Below, one piece after another: positions 31,722 through 42,029 of a stretch of 64,000 bases of DNA (the first letter of the stretch is position 1; every line of letters begins with the position of its first letter). The notes under the pieces were generated by a model. That model did no database searches, was not told the origin of the DNA, and saw only the letters and a program-made list of their open reading frames with translations. Position numbers and translations under genes: made by a program. This DNA comes from an uncultured bacterium. GTDB taxonomy: Bacteria; Planctomycetota; UBA8108; UBA1146. The stretch is from contig CALEHF010000264.1 of assembly GCA_937876125.1 (NCBI GenBank), positions 267 to 64,266 of the forward strand, given 5' to 3'.

Positions 31722-33731
31722 CTAGGGGGTCGCCGCCGCCACCGCAAATGCGGCTGCGTCCGCAGCCGCGCGCGCACGCCCCGCGGCATCTTTCGCGACG
31801 CTATCGTTCCCGGAGTTGTTGAATGCGTCCGCCGCAGTCTGGGCGGCGAGCTCCGCCTGGGCGGCGCGAGAGCCGGCGCCGAGCAGATCTCCCCGTGAAA
31901 TCGCATCGAGAGCGGACGCGAGGGCGTCCTCGGAGTTGGTCGCCGCTGCCACTGCGTAGCCGGCCTGCAGAACGTCATCGTTCTGCTCGGCCACGGTCTT
32001 GACGTTGCGATCCGCGGTGTCCGGCGCTTCCGTTTCCACCTTGTCGGCGTAGTCGACATCTCGCTGCTTGTCGAGATACTCGTTCGGATCGTCGATTACC
32101 TTCCCCATGTATCCCGGATCGTAGGTCCACGGATCGTAGACCGGGGAATCAGGGAGCAAGGAGAGCTTCGAATCCTCAAACTTGAAGTGCACGGGGCGGT
32201 TGTCGTCCCAGAGCACTCGGCGCATCGACACCCCGCTCGGGGTGTACGGCGGCAGAAGTGTTGCATCGAGAAGGTCGGAATCGAAGGACCAGAGCCGCTG
32301 AGGTGGAGAGTAGATCCCCGGTGCTCCCAACGGCGTCGTGGCGTACTGACTCTCGAAGAGGACCGCGAACGCCCCGCGGATCGTGAGCTGCTTCCCGGAC
32401 CAGCTCTCATGCAAACGCACGATGTTCTCGAAGCCACCCGAGCCGTAGCCGTTGTCGATGACGTGACCGCCCACGAACGAGAGATTGAAGGTCGTGTTCG
32501 CCCCCGCCGGGAGTTTGCTCGCTGAAGTCCGGGAGTTGTCCCAGGCATTCGAAAGCAGGTTCACGGCGTCGGCGATCGCCGAAGCGGGCTTCTTCGCGAT
32601 GGTGTTGTAGTCCCCTTGGATGTAGAGGGGGTTCTCCGTCACGACCGTCAACGGAGTCGGAAGAGTCGCGCCGTTGACCAGGCGAATTCCGTTCGGTTGG
32701 GTGGACGTCGAGTCGGTGCGGCGAGCGTAGATCAAACCGTTGGTCGGGAAGAAGCCCGACGCAGCGAGCAACCCGATGTCGATCTCGGTCACTGTGACAG
32801 TGGTCGCTTCTCTCGCATCCCACATCGTGGTTGACGTGACCACCCCAGCGGGAAGAAGGACCGGAACTCCCGCTGCGTTGTATGCCTGTTGGTCGACGAA
32901 TCGGAGGCCCGCGTTCGTCTCGTAGTAGCCGCCGGCTTCGATCGTGGGTAGCTCGGGAACCCCGACCGCCTCGATCCCGTGGGAGCCGCTCTGAACGCCT
33001 CCCCCCCAGCTCGAAAGAGCACCTTGCACCCAACCACTCGAACTCGAATCGTTGGTGTCGGTGAGCTCGACGTAGTTGGTTCCCTGATACTCGCGGATGA
33101 ACACCTGCCCGGGCGAGGTGGGGTCGACCACACGCCCCTTGAAAATCTGGCCGGTCGCTTTGACGTAGTCCGAGTCGATGGTGAGGGTCGCCGAAGTGTC
33201 GAGGTACAGATCGCCGTTGACGTGCACTCGACCCGCGACCGTCATGTCGGGACCCGGGCTCACTTGGCAGATCCCGTCATAGAAGATCGCGAACTGGAAG
33301 ATCGGGGTGATCGAGAGGTCGACGATCCGGGAGATCCTGGAGGTGGCCATCCCTTCGTCCCAACGAGCAGTGATCTGGTAGGGCTGGGCGATCATGCGCA
33401 CCCCGTCGTCGGCGAAACGCTCGACCGGAGCCCCGAGGGTCGTGGCGGTCCACGAGACCCTGCGCCCCCCAACGATCGCGACACCCGCGGTCGGCGGCGG
33501 TTGGAAGTTCGAGACTTCGTCGATCATCTCTTTCTGGGCGATCTCCATTGCGGCCTCGGTGAGACCGATCGCGAGCGTCATGTCCAGCTCGTGACGCATT
33601 GTCTTGGCCTGCAGGATCGTCGTCGTCAGCGTGCCGACGAGCAGAGTTCCGACGATGACAGAGAAGGCGAGCGCCATGATCAGAACGGTGCCGCGTTCGT
33701 TGGGTCTGAGTTGGGCGGCGGGGATCGGCAC
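31722..33731 (-). CDS. Large PilX_N-domain protein, paralog B (start estimated at GTG about 33731)
   Basis: N-terminus ERGTVLIMALAFSVIVGTLLVGTLTTTILQAKTMRHELDMTLAIGLTEAAMEIA matches the PilX N-terminal minor-pilin-like helix. An about 650-aa beta-rich body is co-linear with the upstream paralog (e.g. PNGIRLVNGATLPTPLTVVTENPLYIQGDYNT; PVYDPWTYDPGY). Confidence 0.65.
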   Translation of the reverse strand: MPIPAAQLRPNERGTVLIMALAFSVIVGTLLVGTLTTTILQAKTMRHELDMTLAIGLTEAAMEIAQKEMIDEVSNFQPPPTAGVAIVGGRRVSWTATTLGAPVERFADDGVRMIAQPYQITARWDEGMATSRISRIVDLSITPIFQFAIFYDGICQVSPGPDMTVAGRVHVNGDLYLDTSATLTIDSDYVKATGQIFKGRVVDPTSPGQVFIREYQGTNYVELTDTNDSSSSGWVQGALSSWGGGVQSGSHGIEAVGVPELPTIEAGGYYETNAGLRFVDQQAYNAAGVPVLLPAGVVTSTTMWDAREATTVTVTEIDIGLLAASGFFPTNGLIYARRTDSTSTQPNGIRLVNGATLPTPLTVVTENPLYIQGDYNTIAKKPASAIADAVNLLSNAWDNSRTSASKLPAGANTTFNLSFVGGHVIDNGYGSGGFENIVRLHESWSGKQLTIRGAFAVLFESQYATTPLGAPGIYSPPQRLWSFDSDLLDATLLPPYTPSGVSMRRVLWDDNRPVHFKFEDSKLSLLPDSPVYDPWTYDPGYMGKVIDDPNEYLDKQRDVDYADKVETEAPDTADRNVKTVAEQNDDVLQAGYAVAAATNSEDALASALDAISRGDLLGAGSRAAQAELAAQTAADAFNNSGNDSVAKDAAGRARAAADAAAFAVAAATP

Positions 33732-33786
33732 AATTTCTTCTTCCTGGCGAGAGGACCAGGGGAGCGATCTTCCGTGTTCGGGGGCA

Positions 33787-35934
33787 TTACGGCGTCGCTG
33801 CACTGATCGCCTCCCATGCGGCAGTCTCAGCGGCGCGTGCCCGCTTGAGAGCGTCAAAAGCCTCGGGACGGCCCCCTGAATTGTCGTAGGCAGTCTGAGC
33901 TTCCTCTGCGTAAAAGGTAATCCAGTCGGCAGAGGATCTCGCCGGCCCGAGCGTCCCGCGCGCGATCTTGTCGAGCGCCCAAACCAGCTCGCTCTCCGCA
34001 TTCGAAGCCGCGGTCTCCGCCTGTTGAATGGAGACCTGCTGCGCTGGGGTTGCGGTATCGCCCGACTGTTCAGCGACAGTTTTCGTGGTTCGGTCGGCGG
34101 TATCGGGCTCTTCCGCTTCCGCCTTGTTCGAGTAGTCCACTTTTCGTTCTTTGTCGAGGTACGCGTTCGGGTCGTCGATGATCTTGCTCAGGTATGAGCC
34201 GTCGTAGTTCCACGGATCGTAGACCGGCGTTTCGGGGAAGAGCGAGAGCTTGGAGTCATCGATCTTGAAAATGATCCGCCGGTTGTCATCCCAGTACACT
34301 CGCCGCATGTAGACCCCGCTCGGGGCGTAAGGCGGGAGGAGCGCCGGGTCGAGAAGATCGGGATCGAACGAGAAGACCCGAGTCGGGTCGACGAACGCCG
34401 AAGCGGAGAAGGGGCTCGTCGCATACTGGCTCTCGAACAAGACGACGATCGCGCCGAGGATCGTCAACGTCTGTCCGGTCCAGTCTTCGTGCAATCGGAC
34501 GAGATTCTCGAAACCACCTGAGGTGATGCCATCCTCGACCACTGCACCCGTGAGGATCGACAGGTTGTAGGAAGTGCTCGAGGCGACTTTGGTCGCGACT
34601 TCTCTGGTATTCACGGTGGCGAGTTCGGTGGTGAGCACATGGTCGAGATCGGTAGTTTCCTCGGACGTGGAAGTCTCGACCTTGATCAGCTCGGTCATGT
34701 CGACCCAGTCGTTCGACAGAAGATTCACCGCATCCGCGATCACTGACGCCGGCTGCTTGTTCACCGTGTTGAAGTTGCCTTGGATGTACAGCGGATTGTC
34801 GGTCACGATCGTGAGCGGAGTCGGGAGGGTCGAGCCGTTGACGATCCGGATCCCGTTCGGTGTGGTGACACTCGCTTCGGGCCGGCGAGCGTAAATGAGG
34901 CCGTTGGTCGGGTAGAAACCTGTCGCACTGAGTTGCTCGATATCGATTTCGGTCACAGTGACCGTCTTCTTCTCGCGCGCATCGTAGAAGGATTGCTCTT
35001 TGATGGCGGTGGTCGGGACACTCAGGAGTAACCCTGACCCATTGTAGGCCTGAGTTCCGATGACCTTCAGCCCGGCCGTGGACTCGTAGTAGCCGCCGGG
35101 TTCGATCGTCGTCACATCGGGGCCGGTGACCTTTCCGACCCCATGCGCGCCACTCTGGACCGATCCACTCCAATTCGAGAGCGCCGATTGCACCCAACCG
35201 ACAGAGGCCGCGTCGTCGGCCTCGGTCAGCTCGACGTAATTCGTCGTCTCCTGCTGGCGCACCGTCACGATCCCGGCCCGGGTGTCTTCGTTCAGCCTTC
35301 CGCGGTAGATCCCACCGGTCGCTTGTAGGTGATCGGTATCGATGTCGAGCGTCGTCGGGGTGTCGAGGTACAGGTCACCGTTCACGTGAATCCGGCCGAG
35401 GATCCCCATGGCGGCATCCGGGCTGATTTCGCACAGCATGTTGAAGAAGACCGCATACTGGAACATCGGGGAGAGAGTCAGATCGGCGACCCGAGTGATC
35501 CTCGATGTGGCAGATCCCTCGTCCACCGAGGCGGTGATCTCATAGGGCTGCGCGAGCATCCGCACCCCATCGATATCGAAGCGCTCCACGAGCATACCGA
35601 GCTGCGTCGCAGTCCAGTTGATCGATCGGCTATCGATGGTGACGGTTCCCGAGGTGGGGGGATCTTCGAAGTTTGCGGCCCCGTCGACCATCTGCTTCTG
35701 GGCGAGCTCGATCGCGCCCTCGGCCAAGCCTTGGGCGTAGGTCGCATCGAGTTCATGGCGCATCGTCTTCGCCTGGAGGATCGTGGTGGTGAGCGTGCCC
35801 ACGAGCAGCGTCCCGACGATAATCGAGAACGCCAGAGCCATGATCAGAACCGCGCCGCTCTCGCGGCCCCGCGCTCGATCGAGCAGCAGCTTGGGGTCCT
35901 TGAGGCCGTGGAATTCGGGGAGACGTCTCGCCAA
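33787..35934 (-). CDS. Large PilX_N-domain protein, paralog A
   Basis: N-terminus ESGAVLIMALAFSIIVGTLLVGTLTTTILQAKTMRHELDATYAQGLAEGAIELA, then an about 650-aa beta-rich body. Tandem duplicate of the downstream gene. Confidence 0.7.
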   Translation of the reverse strand: MARRLPEFHGLKDPKLLLDRARGRESGAVLIMALAFSIIVGTLLVGTLTTTILQAKTMRHELDATYAQGLAEGAIELAQKQMVDGAANFEDPPTSGTVTIDSRSINWTATQLGMLVERFDIDGVRMLAQPYEITASVDEGSATSRITRVADLTLSPMFQYAVFFNMLCEISPDAAMGILGRIHVNGDLYLDTPTTLDIDTDHLQATGGIYRGRLNEDTRAGIVTVRQQETTNYVELTEADDAASVGWVQSALSNWSGSVQSGAHGVGKVTGPDVTTIEPGGYYESTAGLKVIGTQAYNGSGLLLSVPTTAIKEQSFYDAREKKTVTVTEIDIEQLSATGFYPTNGLIYARRPEASVTTPNGIRIVNGSTLPTPLTIVTDNPLYIQGNFNTVNKQPASVIADAVNLLSNDWVDMTELIKVETSTSEETTDLDHVLTTELATVNTREVATKVASSTSYNLSILTGAVVEDGITSGGFENLVRLHEDWTGQTLTILGAIVVLFESQYATSPFSASAFVDPTRVFSFDPDLLDPALLPPYAPSGVYMRRVYWDDNRRIIFKIDDSKLSLFPETPVYDPWNYDGSYLSKIIDDPNAYLDKERKVDYSNKAEAEEPDTADRTTKTVAEQSGDTATPAQQVSIQQAETAASNAESELVWALDKIARGTLGPARSSADWITFYAEEAQTAYDNSGGRPEAFDALKRARAAETAAWEAISAATP

Positions 35935-36320
35935 GATGGGTCTTTCCGCGTTGGGTGGAATGTAGCCGAAAAAGATTACGATGCTCCTTCGGAACGCGCC
36001 AACTGACCCGGTGGATCGGAGCCTCTGTTGGAGGGCGAAGCCGCGCTAGAGAGCGCCGAGCCAACACCCCATATGGTGGCCACGGATGGCAGCGTACGGC
36101 CCAGTGGCCGGTTCTCGAAAGGAGCGGCGGCTCGCCCCAGGCCCCCATTTTCGATGACCTACTTTCCGGATTGAGAAATGTTGAAAAGCCTCGGATCGGG
36201 CCGCACTTCGACGGGCCACGGCGGTGCACCTCTTCGTTGAAATGGGCCCTTCGTCACCGATCGGATTGCCGGTTGGAGATCCTCTTCCCCCCGCCCCCAC
36301 CTCCGCGATACCCTGCCCGA

Positions 36321-36680
36321 ATGAGCACCGACTTTTGCCCCCACTGCGACGCTCCCCTGCGCCCGAATGCCGTCGCCTGCCGCGAATGCGGGAGCGACCT
36401 CGAGACGGGGTGGAGTTCCGACATCGACTACCACTCGATCGAACTCCCGGAAGAACCTCTGCCCACCGGCCGCAGCGCGAACTTTCGCACCATTGCGATC
36501 ATTTGCGTCGTCCTCATGCTTGCGGGAGTCCTCGCTCTCCTTGGAATCAAGGACGTCGCGGGGGTCGTCTTGGTCCTCGCGCTGTTCCTCCCGGTCGCGC
36601 TTTCCAAGCTGCCCGGCCGCGATGAACCCGACCAGGATGAGCCACAAGTTCCGAAGAGTGACCGCTACGGAAAGCGCTGA
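36321..36680 (+). CDS. Zinc-ribbon (CPHC-x10-CREC) protein with a C-terminal TM helix
   Basis: MSTDFCPHCDAPLRPNAVACRECGSDL... followed by a TM helix FRTIAIICVVLMLAGVLALLGI...VLVLALFLPVAL. Confidence 0.5.
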   Translation: MSTDFCPHCDAPLRPNAVACRECGSDLETGWSSDIDYHSIELPEEPLPTGRSANFRTIAIICVVLMLAGVLALLGIKDVAGVVLVLALFLPVALSKLPGRDEPDQDEPQVPKSDRYGKR

Positions 36681-36840
36681 TCTTCCACCTCATGCCCAAC
36701 GGGACTGTCCGGCGGCTTTTCTCACCGGAACTGAAGAGGCGAGCCTTGTACTCGTCTCGGCGGCGGTGGATCCTCAAGCGCTCGAGCCGTCCCCGCTCGT
36801 CGATCACTTGCGTTCCCTCTCGACACTTGGAGGTCATCCT

Positions 36841-38850
36841 GTGCCATACACCGACCGGCCCACCCCGCGCCCCCTGCGCGCGCTCTCCCTTGGCTTGGTT
36901 CTCGCACTCCTCTCGGGAGCCGCATTCATCGCCACTCCCGGCTGCTCCACTGGGCGGAGCATCACCGTCCAAGAATCGACCGGCAGCCGCTGGGTCCGAA
37001 ATGGCGACGAGTGGAAGATCCGCATGGTCGATCCGAGCGACGCATCGATCCTCACCGCCGAGCTGAAGGTCGAGCGCGAGGAGTCGAACGGAATCGCGTA
37101 CTACCGCCTCGAACGCGTCGAGTTGTTCCCCCCGGGGGACCCGATGCCGCGCCTCTGGCGGCTCCTGCCTCCGCGCTCGCAACTGCGTGCCCCCGACGGA
37201 ACGGTGCTCGTTCACCCCGACGTCGCGTTGCTCGATTCTCTGGGCGACGCACCCACCCTCGACGAGGCCCTGCCGGTCCTCCCCCTCTGTCTCCATTTCG
37301 ACTCGCGGGGCGAAGCACTCGCTCGCGTCGCGGGGGGGCGCGATGGACGGCGCTCATTCGATGCGCTGATCGAGATTCTCGCGCTCGGCTCCGCCGGCCC
37401 TCTCGGGGACCCGACGCCTGACGACGTATCGGCGCCCATCGGCGGGAGCTCACGGCGCGCCTCAGCTCCCGCCCTTATAGTGCTCGCGACCCGCACCGAT
37501 TTGACTCCGGTTCAGTTCGGAGCGCTCGCGCCGCTGGTCGATCGGTTCCCCACCCGAGACCAGAGAACCAAATTCCTCAAACGGCTGATCGGCAAGGCGT
37601 CGACCGTGGTGATCGCCGAGGCGGTGCCCTCGTTGGCGACGAGCTCGGAGCGCGGAACGATCGTCGAGATCCTGGCTCGCCAGCGCGATCTCACCGAGGA
37701 AGACATGATCGCCATCTGCAAGGCGACGACGACGATCGGATCATCGAGCCGACAGACCGCGGCACTCCTCGAACTCGCACCGTATGGACCGGTCGGACCG
37801 ATTCTCGATGCCACCTCGCATATCGGCAGCTCATCGGGGCGCACGGAGGTGATGCTGGCCCTCGCCGGGAGACGCCCGTTGAGTGCCGAAGAGGCCTCGG
37901 CGATCGCCCGCGACTCGCAATCGATCGGATCGTCTTCGGGGCAGACTCGCGTGGTCGAGAGCTTGGTCGATGTCGCCCCCGTCGCCGACATCATCTCGGC
38001 AGCAGAGACTATCGGGTCACCGTCGGGGCGCAGTACGGTTCTGACCACGCTCGCACGCCAGCCAGGGCTCCCGAGCGAATCTGCGGCTGCCATCGCTCGA
38101 GCGACGGTGCACATCGGCTCCTCCTCCGGTCAAACCGAAGTGCTCGATGAGCTGATCGGCACCGCGCCCACCGCGTCGATCATCGCCGGCGCCGGCGCGA
38201 TCCCCTCGTCGAGAGGTCGAGGGCAGCTCCTCGCGAAACTCGCGCGCCAACCCCAGCTCACGAGGGCAGATGCGAACGCCATCGCCGTCGCGACGCCACA
38301 GATCGGGTCGGCGAACGCCCAAACCACGGTGCTCCTCGCGCTGGTCGGAACCGCCTCGGTGCCGACGATCATCGAAGCGATGACTGCGATCCCCTCCGTG
38401 ACGGGGCGCGGCGAGGTGCTGTTGCACCTCGCGAGTGCGAGCGGACTCGAAGCGGAGTCAGCGACCGCCATCGCAGGCGCGGTCGCCCACGTCTCTTCCA
38501 GCAGCACGACTGCGGGTCAGATTCTGCGCCGCTTGATCGGCCACGCGCCGGTCGAAGTGATCCTCACCGCCGCCTCTTCGGTGCCGTCGTCGAATGAGCG
38601 ATACGAGGTCTTCATCGCCCTGGCTCGGGCTCCGAAACTGGATTCGGTGGATGCGAAGCACGTCGCCGAAGCGACGCGGTTCCTCAGCACTTCCGGGCAC
38701 CAGGCCGAGATACTCACCGCCCTGATCTCGCGCGCACCGCCCTCGGACATCCGGGCGGCGGCTTCGCACATCACCTCGAGATCGCGCCGGGAAGCGCTCC
38801 TCGAGAAGCTCGAGAGCTCGGTGAACGCAGAGAACCCCGTGGGGGATTGA
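36841..38850 (+). CDS. Secreted/lipoprotein-like protein with about ten tandem 33-aa repeats (IGSSSGQT motif)
   Basis: GGAGG RBS sits 7 nt before the GTG at 36841. Signal peptide ...RALSLGLVLALLSGAAFIATPGC. Repeats such as AAIARATVHIGSSSGQTEVLDELIGTAPTASII recur through the C-terminal two-thirds. Confidence 0.6.
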   Translation: MPYTDRPTPRPLRALSLGLVLALLSGAAFIATPGCSTGRSITVQESTGSRWVRNGDEWKIRMVDPSDASILTAELKVEREESNGIAYYRLERVELFPPGDPMPRLWRLLPPRSQLRAPDGTVLVHPDVALLDSLGDAPTLDEALPVLPLCLHFDSRGEALARVAGGRDGRRSFDALIEILALGSAGPLGDPTPDDVSAPIGGSSRRASAPALIVLATRTDLTPVQFGALAPLVDRFPTRDQRTKFLKRLIGKASTVVIAEAVPSLATSSERGTIVEILARQRDLTEEDMIAICKATTTIGSSSRQTAALLELAPYGPVGPILDATSHIGSSSGRTEVMLALAGRRPLSAEEASAIARDSQSIGSSSGQTRVVESLVDVAPVADIISAAETIGSPSGRSTVLTTLARQPGLPSESAAAIARATVHIGSSSGQTEVLDELIGTAPTASIIAGAGAIPSSRGRGQLLAKLARQPQLTRADANAIAVATPQIGSANAQTTVLLALVGTASVPTIIEAMTAIPSVTGRGEVLLHLASASGLEAESATAIAGAVAHVSSSSTTAGQILRRLIGHAPVEVILTAASSVPSSNERYEVFIALARAPKLDSVDAKHVAEATRFLSTSGHQAEILTALISRAPPSDIRAAASHITSRSRREALLEKLESSVNAENPVGD

Positions 38851-39114
38851 GGGCTCCCGAGCCCAGAATTACTCAGGAACGCCCGGCCCCGCAAATTTGC
38901 GGGGCCGAGCGTTTCTGCTCTCCGCTTGCCCGCCTTCGACTCCTTGCAATCTGCCAGGTGTGAGCTCGCCTCTCGCTGTTCAGAAGCTGCGCGGAAGCTG
39001 AACCTCTCTGCAAATCTCGCAAAGAGTCGACTTCGGCCGCGCCCCTCCCTTCGCTATACTCCCCGACCTGTGGGTGGCGGGGAAGCCAACGAGCACCGAG
39101 AGAGGGCACGTCTC

Positions 39115-40320
39115 ATGGGAAAAGTTCTGATCATCGGCGCCGGCGGCGTCGGCAGCGTCGTCGTCCACAAGTGCGCACAGCTCCCCGAGGTGTTCGAGCA
39201 AATCACACTCGCCTCGCGGACCGTGGCGAAGTGCGAGGCGATCGCCGCCGCGGTGAAGAGCCGTCTCGGGCGCGAGATCTCGGTCGCCGAGGTCGATGCG
39301 GATGACGTCGCCCAAATGGTCGCGTTGATCCGCCGCGAGGAGCCGAACCTGGTCCTCAACGTCGCACTCCCCTACCAAGACCTTCCGATAATGGACGCGT
39401 GCCTAGAGACCGGGGTCGACTACCTCGACACCGCGAACTACGAACCGATCGACGTCGCCAAGTTCGAGTATCACTGGCAGTGGGCCTACCGCGATCGCTA
39501 CCGCGAGGCGGGGATCACCGCTCTCCTGGGGAGTGGCTTCGATCCCGGGGTGACCAACGTCTTCTGCGCGTACGCTCTGAAGCATCTCTTCGACGAGATC
39601 CACACGATCGACATCGTCGACTGCAACGGCGGGGATCACGGCAAGGCGTTCGCGACCAACTTCAATCCCGAGATCAACATCCGTGAGGTCACCCAGCGCG
39701 GAAAGTACTGGGAGGGGGAGTGGCACGAGATCGATCCTCTGTCGGTCCACCAGTCGTTCGACTTCCCCGGGGTCGGTGAGCGCGAGATGTACCTCCTCTA
39801 CCATGAAGAGATGGAGTCGCTCGTCGAGCACCTCGCACCGAAGGGACTGAAGCGCATCCGCTTCTGGATGACCTTCGGCCAGGAGTACATCACTCATCTC
39901 CGCGTCCTCGAGAATGTCGGAATGACGCGAATCGATCCGGTCGACTTCGAGGGTCAGAAAATCGTCCCGATCCAGTTTCTCAAGGCGCTCCTTCCCGACC
40001 CTGGTTCGCTCGGCGAGGGGTATCACGGGAAGACTTCCATCGGCTGCGTCATCGCCGGGATCAAGGACGGCCAACCGGTGCGGAAGTTCATCTACAACAT
40101 TTGCGACCACGCCGAGACCTACGCCGAAGTGGGAGCGCAGGCGGTCAGCTACACCACCGGTGTCCCTGCGATGATCGGCGCGAAGATGCTCCTCGAGAAG
40201 CGTTGGCAGGGCCCAGGGGTGTTCAACATGGAGCAGTTCGATCCCGATCCGTTCATGGCGGACCTGAACCAATTCGGACTCCCATGGCATGTCGCCGACT
40301 GCGACCAGCCGATCGAGTAA
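39115..40320 (+). CDS. Carboxynorspermidine/carboxyspermidine dehydrogenase (saccharopine-dehydrogenase family)
   Basis: Rossmann N-terminus MGKVLIIGAGGVGSVVVHKCAQ and family-wide colinearity (…GFDPGVTNVF…). Confidence 0.85.
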   Translation: MGKVLIIGAGGVGSVVVHKCAQLPEVFEQITLASRTVAKCEAIAAAVKSRLGREISVAEVDADDVAQMVALIRREEPNLVLNVALPYQDLPIMDACLETGVDYLDTANYEPIDVAKFEYHWQWAYRDRYREAGITALLGSGFDPGVTNVFCAYALKHLFDEIHTIDIVDCNGGDHGKAFATNFNPEINIREVTQRGKYWEGEWHEIDPLSVHQSFDFPGVGEREMYLLYHEEMESLVEHLAPKGLKRIRFWMTFGQEYITHLRVLENVGMTRIDPVDFEGQKIVPIQFLKALLPDPGSLGEGYHGKTSIGCVIAGIKDGQPVRKFIYNICDHAETYAEVGAQAVSYTTGVPAMIGAKMLLEKRWQGPGVFNMEQFDPDPFMADLNQFGLPWHVADCDQPIE

Positions 40321-40366
40321 CCGTCGGCGCACCGAAATTTCGAAGCCAAATGCCCGAGAGGACCCC

Positions 40367-41581
40367 GTGACCGAGAGCACCGACGACCGCCCGATCGAAA
40401 TTGCGATCCCGGGTGCCGAGCTGACGCGCGTCGCGACCCCAAGCTTCGTCATCGACGAAGCGAGGATCGAGGCGAACTGTCAGATGCTCGATCGGGTTCA
40501 AAAGAAATCCGGCGCGAAGATCCTTCTCGCACTCAAAGGATTCGCAACCTGGGCGCTCTTCCCGACGATTGCGCGCACCCTCGTCGGGTGCACCGCGAGC
40601 GGACTTCACGAGGCGCTTCTCTCCCGCGAGAAATTCGGGGGGGAGGTCCATGTGTATTCCCCGGCATTCTCCGATGGTGATCTCGCCGCGATCCTCCCCG
40701 TCGCCGACCACGTGATCTTCAACTCGCTCTCCCAGTGGCACCGGTTTGCGCCGCACTGGTCTCGGCGCGCACGGGAGACTACGTACTCGCCCCAGGGGGG
40801 ACTGCCGAGTCGCGGCCTGCGCCTGAACCCCGAGCACCGTGAAGTCGAGGTAGAACTCTACGATCCGTGCGCCCCCGGATCGCGCTTGGGAGTCACCGCG
40901 GACCAGCTCGGTGACACGCTCCCCGAAGGAATCGAAGGACTCCACTTCCACACTCTTTGCGAGCTCGGGAGTGATGCACTCGAACGCACTTTGGGTGCCA
41001 TCGGAGATCGATTCGGCGCACATCTCGCCGACCCACGCCTCCAGTGGCTGAACTTCGGTGGCGGGCATCACATCACGCGGCCGGGGTACGATGTCGATCT
41101 CCTCATCACCTTGATCCAGAAACACCGCGAGAAGTACGGCCACCAGGTCTACCTCGAGCCGGGGGAAGCGATCGCGCTCAACGCCGGAGTCCTCGTCGCC
41201 TCGGTCCTCGACGTCGTTCACAACTCGGGAGTCGACACCGCGATCCTCGATGTCAGCGCGACCGCGCACATGCCTGATGTCCTCGAAATGCCCTATCGCC
41301 CGGTCATCGAGGATGCGGGGGAGCCGGGGGCGCGCAAACACACCTATCGCTTGGGCGGCCCGACCTGTCTCGCGGGGGATGTCATCGGCGATTGGTCGTT
41401 CGATGCCCCGCTCGAGCGCGGGAGCCGCATCGTGTTCGGCGACATGGCGCACTACACGGTGGTCAAGACCACGACCTTCAATGGCGTCCCCCACCCTTCG
41501 ATCGCCGTCCGCTGGAAGGGGGGCGCGATCGACGTCGTGCGCACCTTCGGCTACGAGGATTACCGCGATCGGCTCGGGTAA
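40367..41581 (+). CDS. nspC: Carboxynorspermidine/carboxyspermidine decarboxylase
   Basis: PLP-dependent alanine-racemase-fold decarboxylase; PSFVIDEARIEANCQMLDRVQKKSGAKILLALKGFATWALFP... GTG start in frame with ORF 40289. Confidence 0.85.
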   Translation: MTESTDDRPIEIAIPGAELTRVATPSFVIDEARIEANCQMLDRVQKKSGAKILLALKGFATWALFPTIARTLVGCTASGLHEALLSREKFGGEVHVYSPAFSDGDLAAILPVADHVIFNSLSQWHRFAPHWSRRARETTYSPQGGLPSRGLRLNPEHREVEVELYDPCAPGSRLGVTADQLGDTLPEGIEGLHFHTLCELGSDALERTLGAIGDRFGAHLADPRLQWLNFGGGHHITRPGYDVDLLITLIQKHREKYGHQVYLEPGEAIALNAGVLVASVLDVVHNSGVDTAILDVSATAHMPDVLEMPYRPVIEDAGEPGARKHTYRLGGPTCLAGDVIGDWSFDAPLERGSRIVFGDMAHYTVVKTTTFNGVPHPSIAVRWKGGAIDVVRTFGYEDYRDRLG

Positions 41582-41594
41582 GGGTGGACCGTCG

Positions 41595-41963
41595 ATGAGT
41601 GACCCCGCACCCTCGAATGACCTCGAAACCGAGGTCGACCTCTTCACCCTCATGCAAGCGTTCTACGCCGACGCGATGATCGATCCGGTCCTCGCCCCGA
41701 AGTTCGAGGAGCTCGACCTCGACGCCCACATCCCGGTGATCGTCGAGTTTTGGAAGGGGGTGATCATCGGTGGCTCGAACTATCGCGGATCTCCGCTCGC
41801 CGTCCATGTGCCCCTCGCTCTCCTGGCGGAGCACTTCGAAGCGTGGGTCCCGCTCTTCCATCGAACCATCGACGCGCGCTTCCAAGGCGCAAACGCGGAG
41901 ACTTTGAAGTCGCGAGCGGTGACGATCGCTCAGGTCTTCCGGCATCAACTCGGTATCGACTGA
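41595..41963 (+). CDS. Truncated haemoglobin (2/2 Hb, HbO-like group II)
   Basis: LFTLMQAFYADAMIDPVLAPKF, EFWKGVIIGGSNYRG and HVPLALLAEHFEAWVPLFHRTID align with the B-helix, Trp(G8) and proximal-His regions of trHbO. Confidence 0.7.
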   Translation: MSDPAPSNDLETEVDLFTLMQAFYADAMIDPVLAPKFEELDLDAHIPVIVEFWKGVIIGGSNYRGSPLAVHVPLALLAEHFEAWVPLFHRTIDARFQGANAETLKSRAVTIAQVFRHQLGID

Positions 41964-42029
41964 GAGTGCGGTCCGCTAGCCTTGATGAGAGCTCGCCCGG
42001 AGCGTCACCACCTGAAACTGAGGAGCGCG

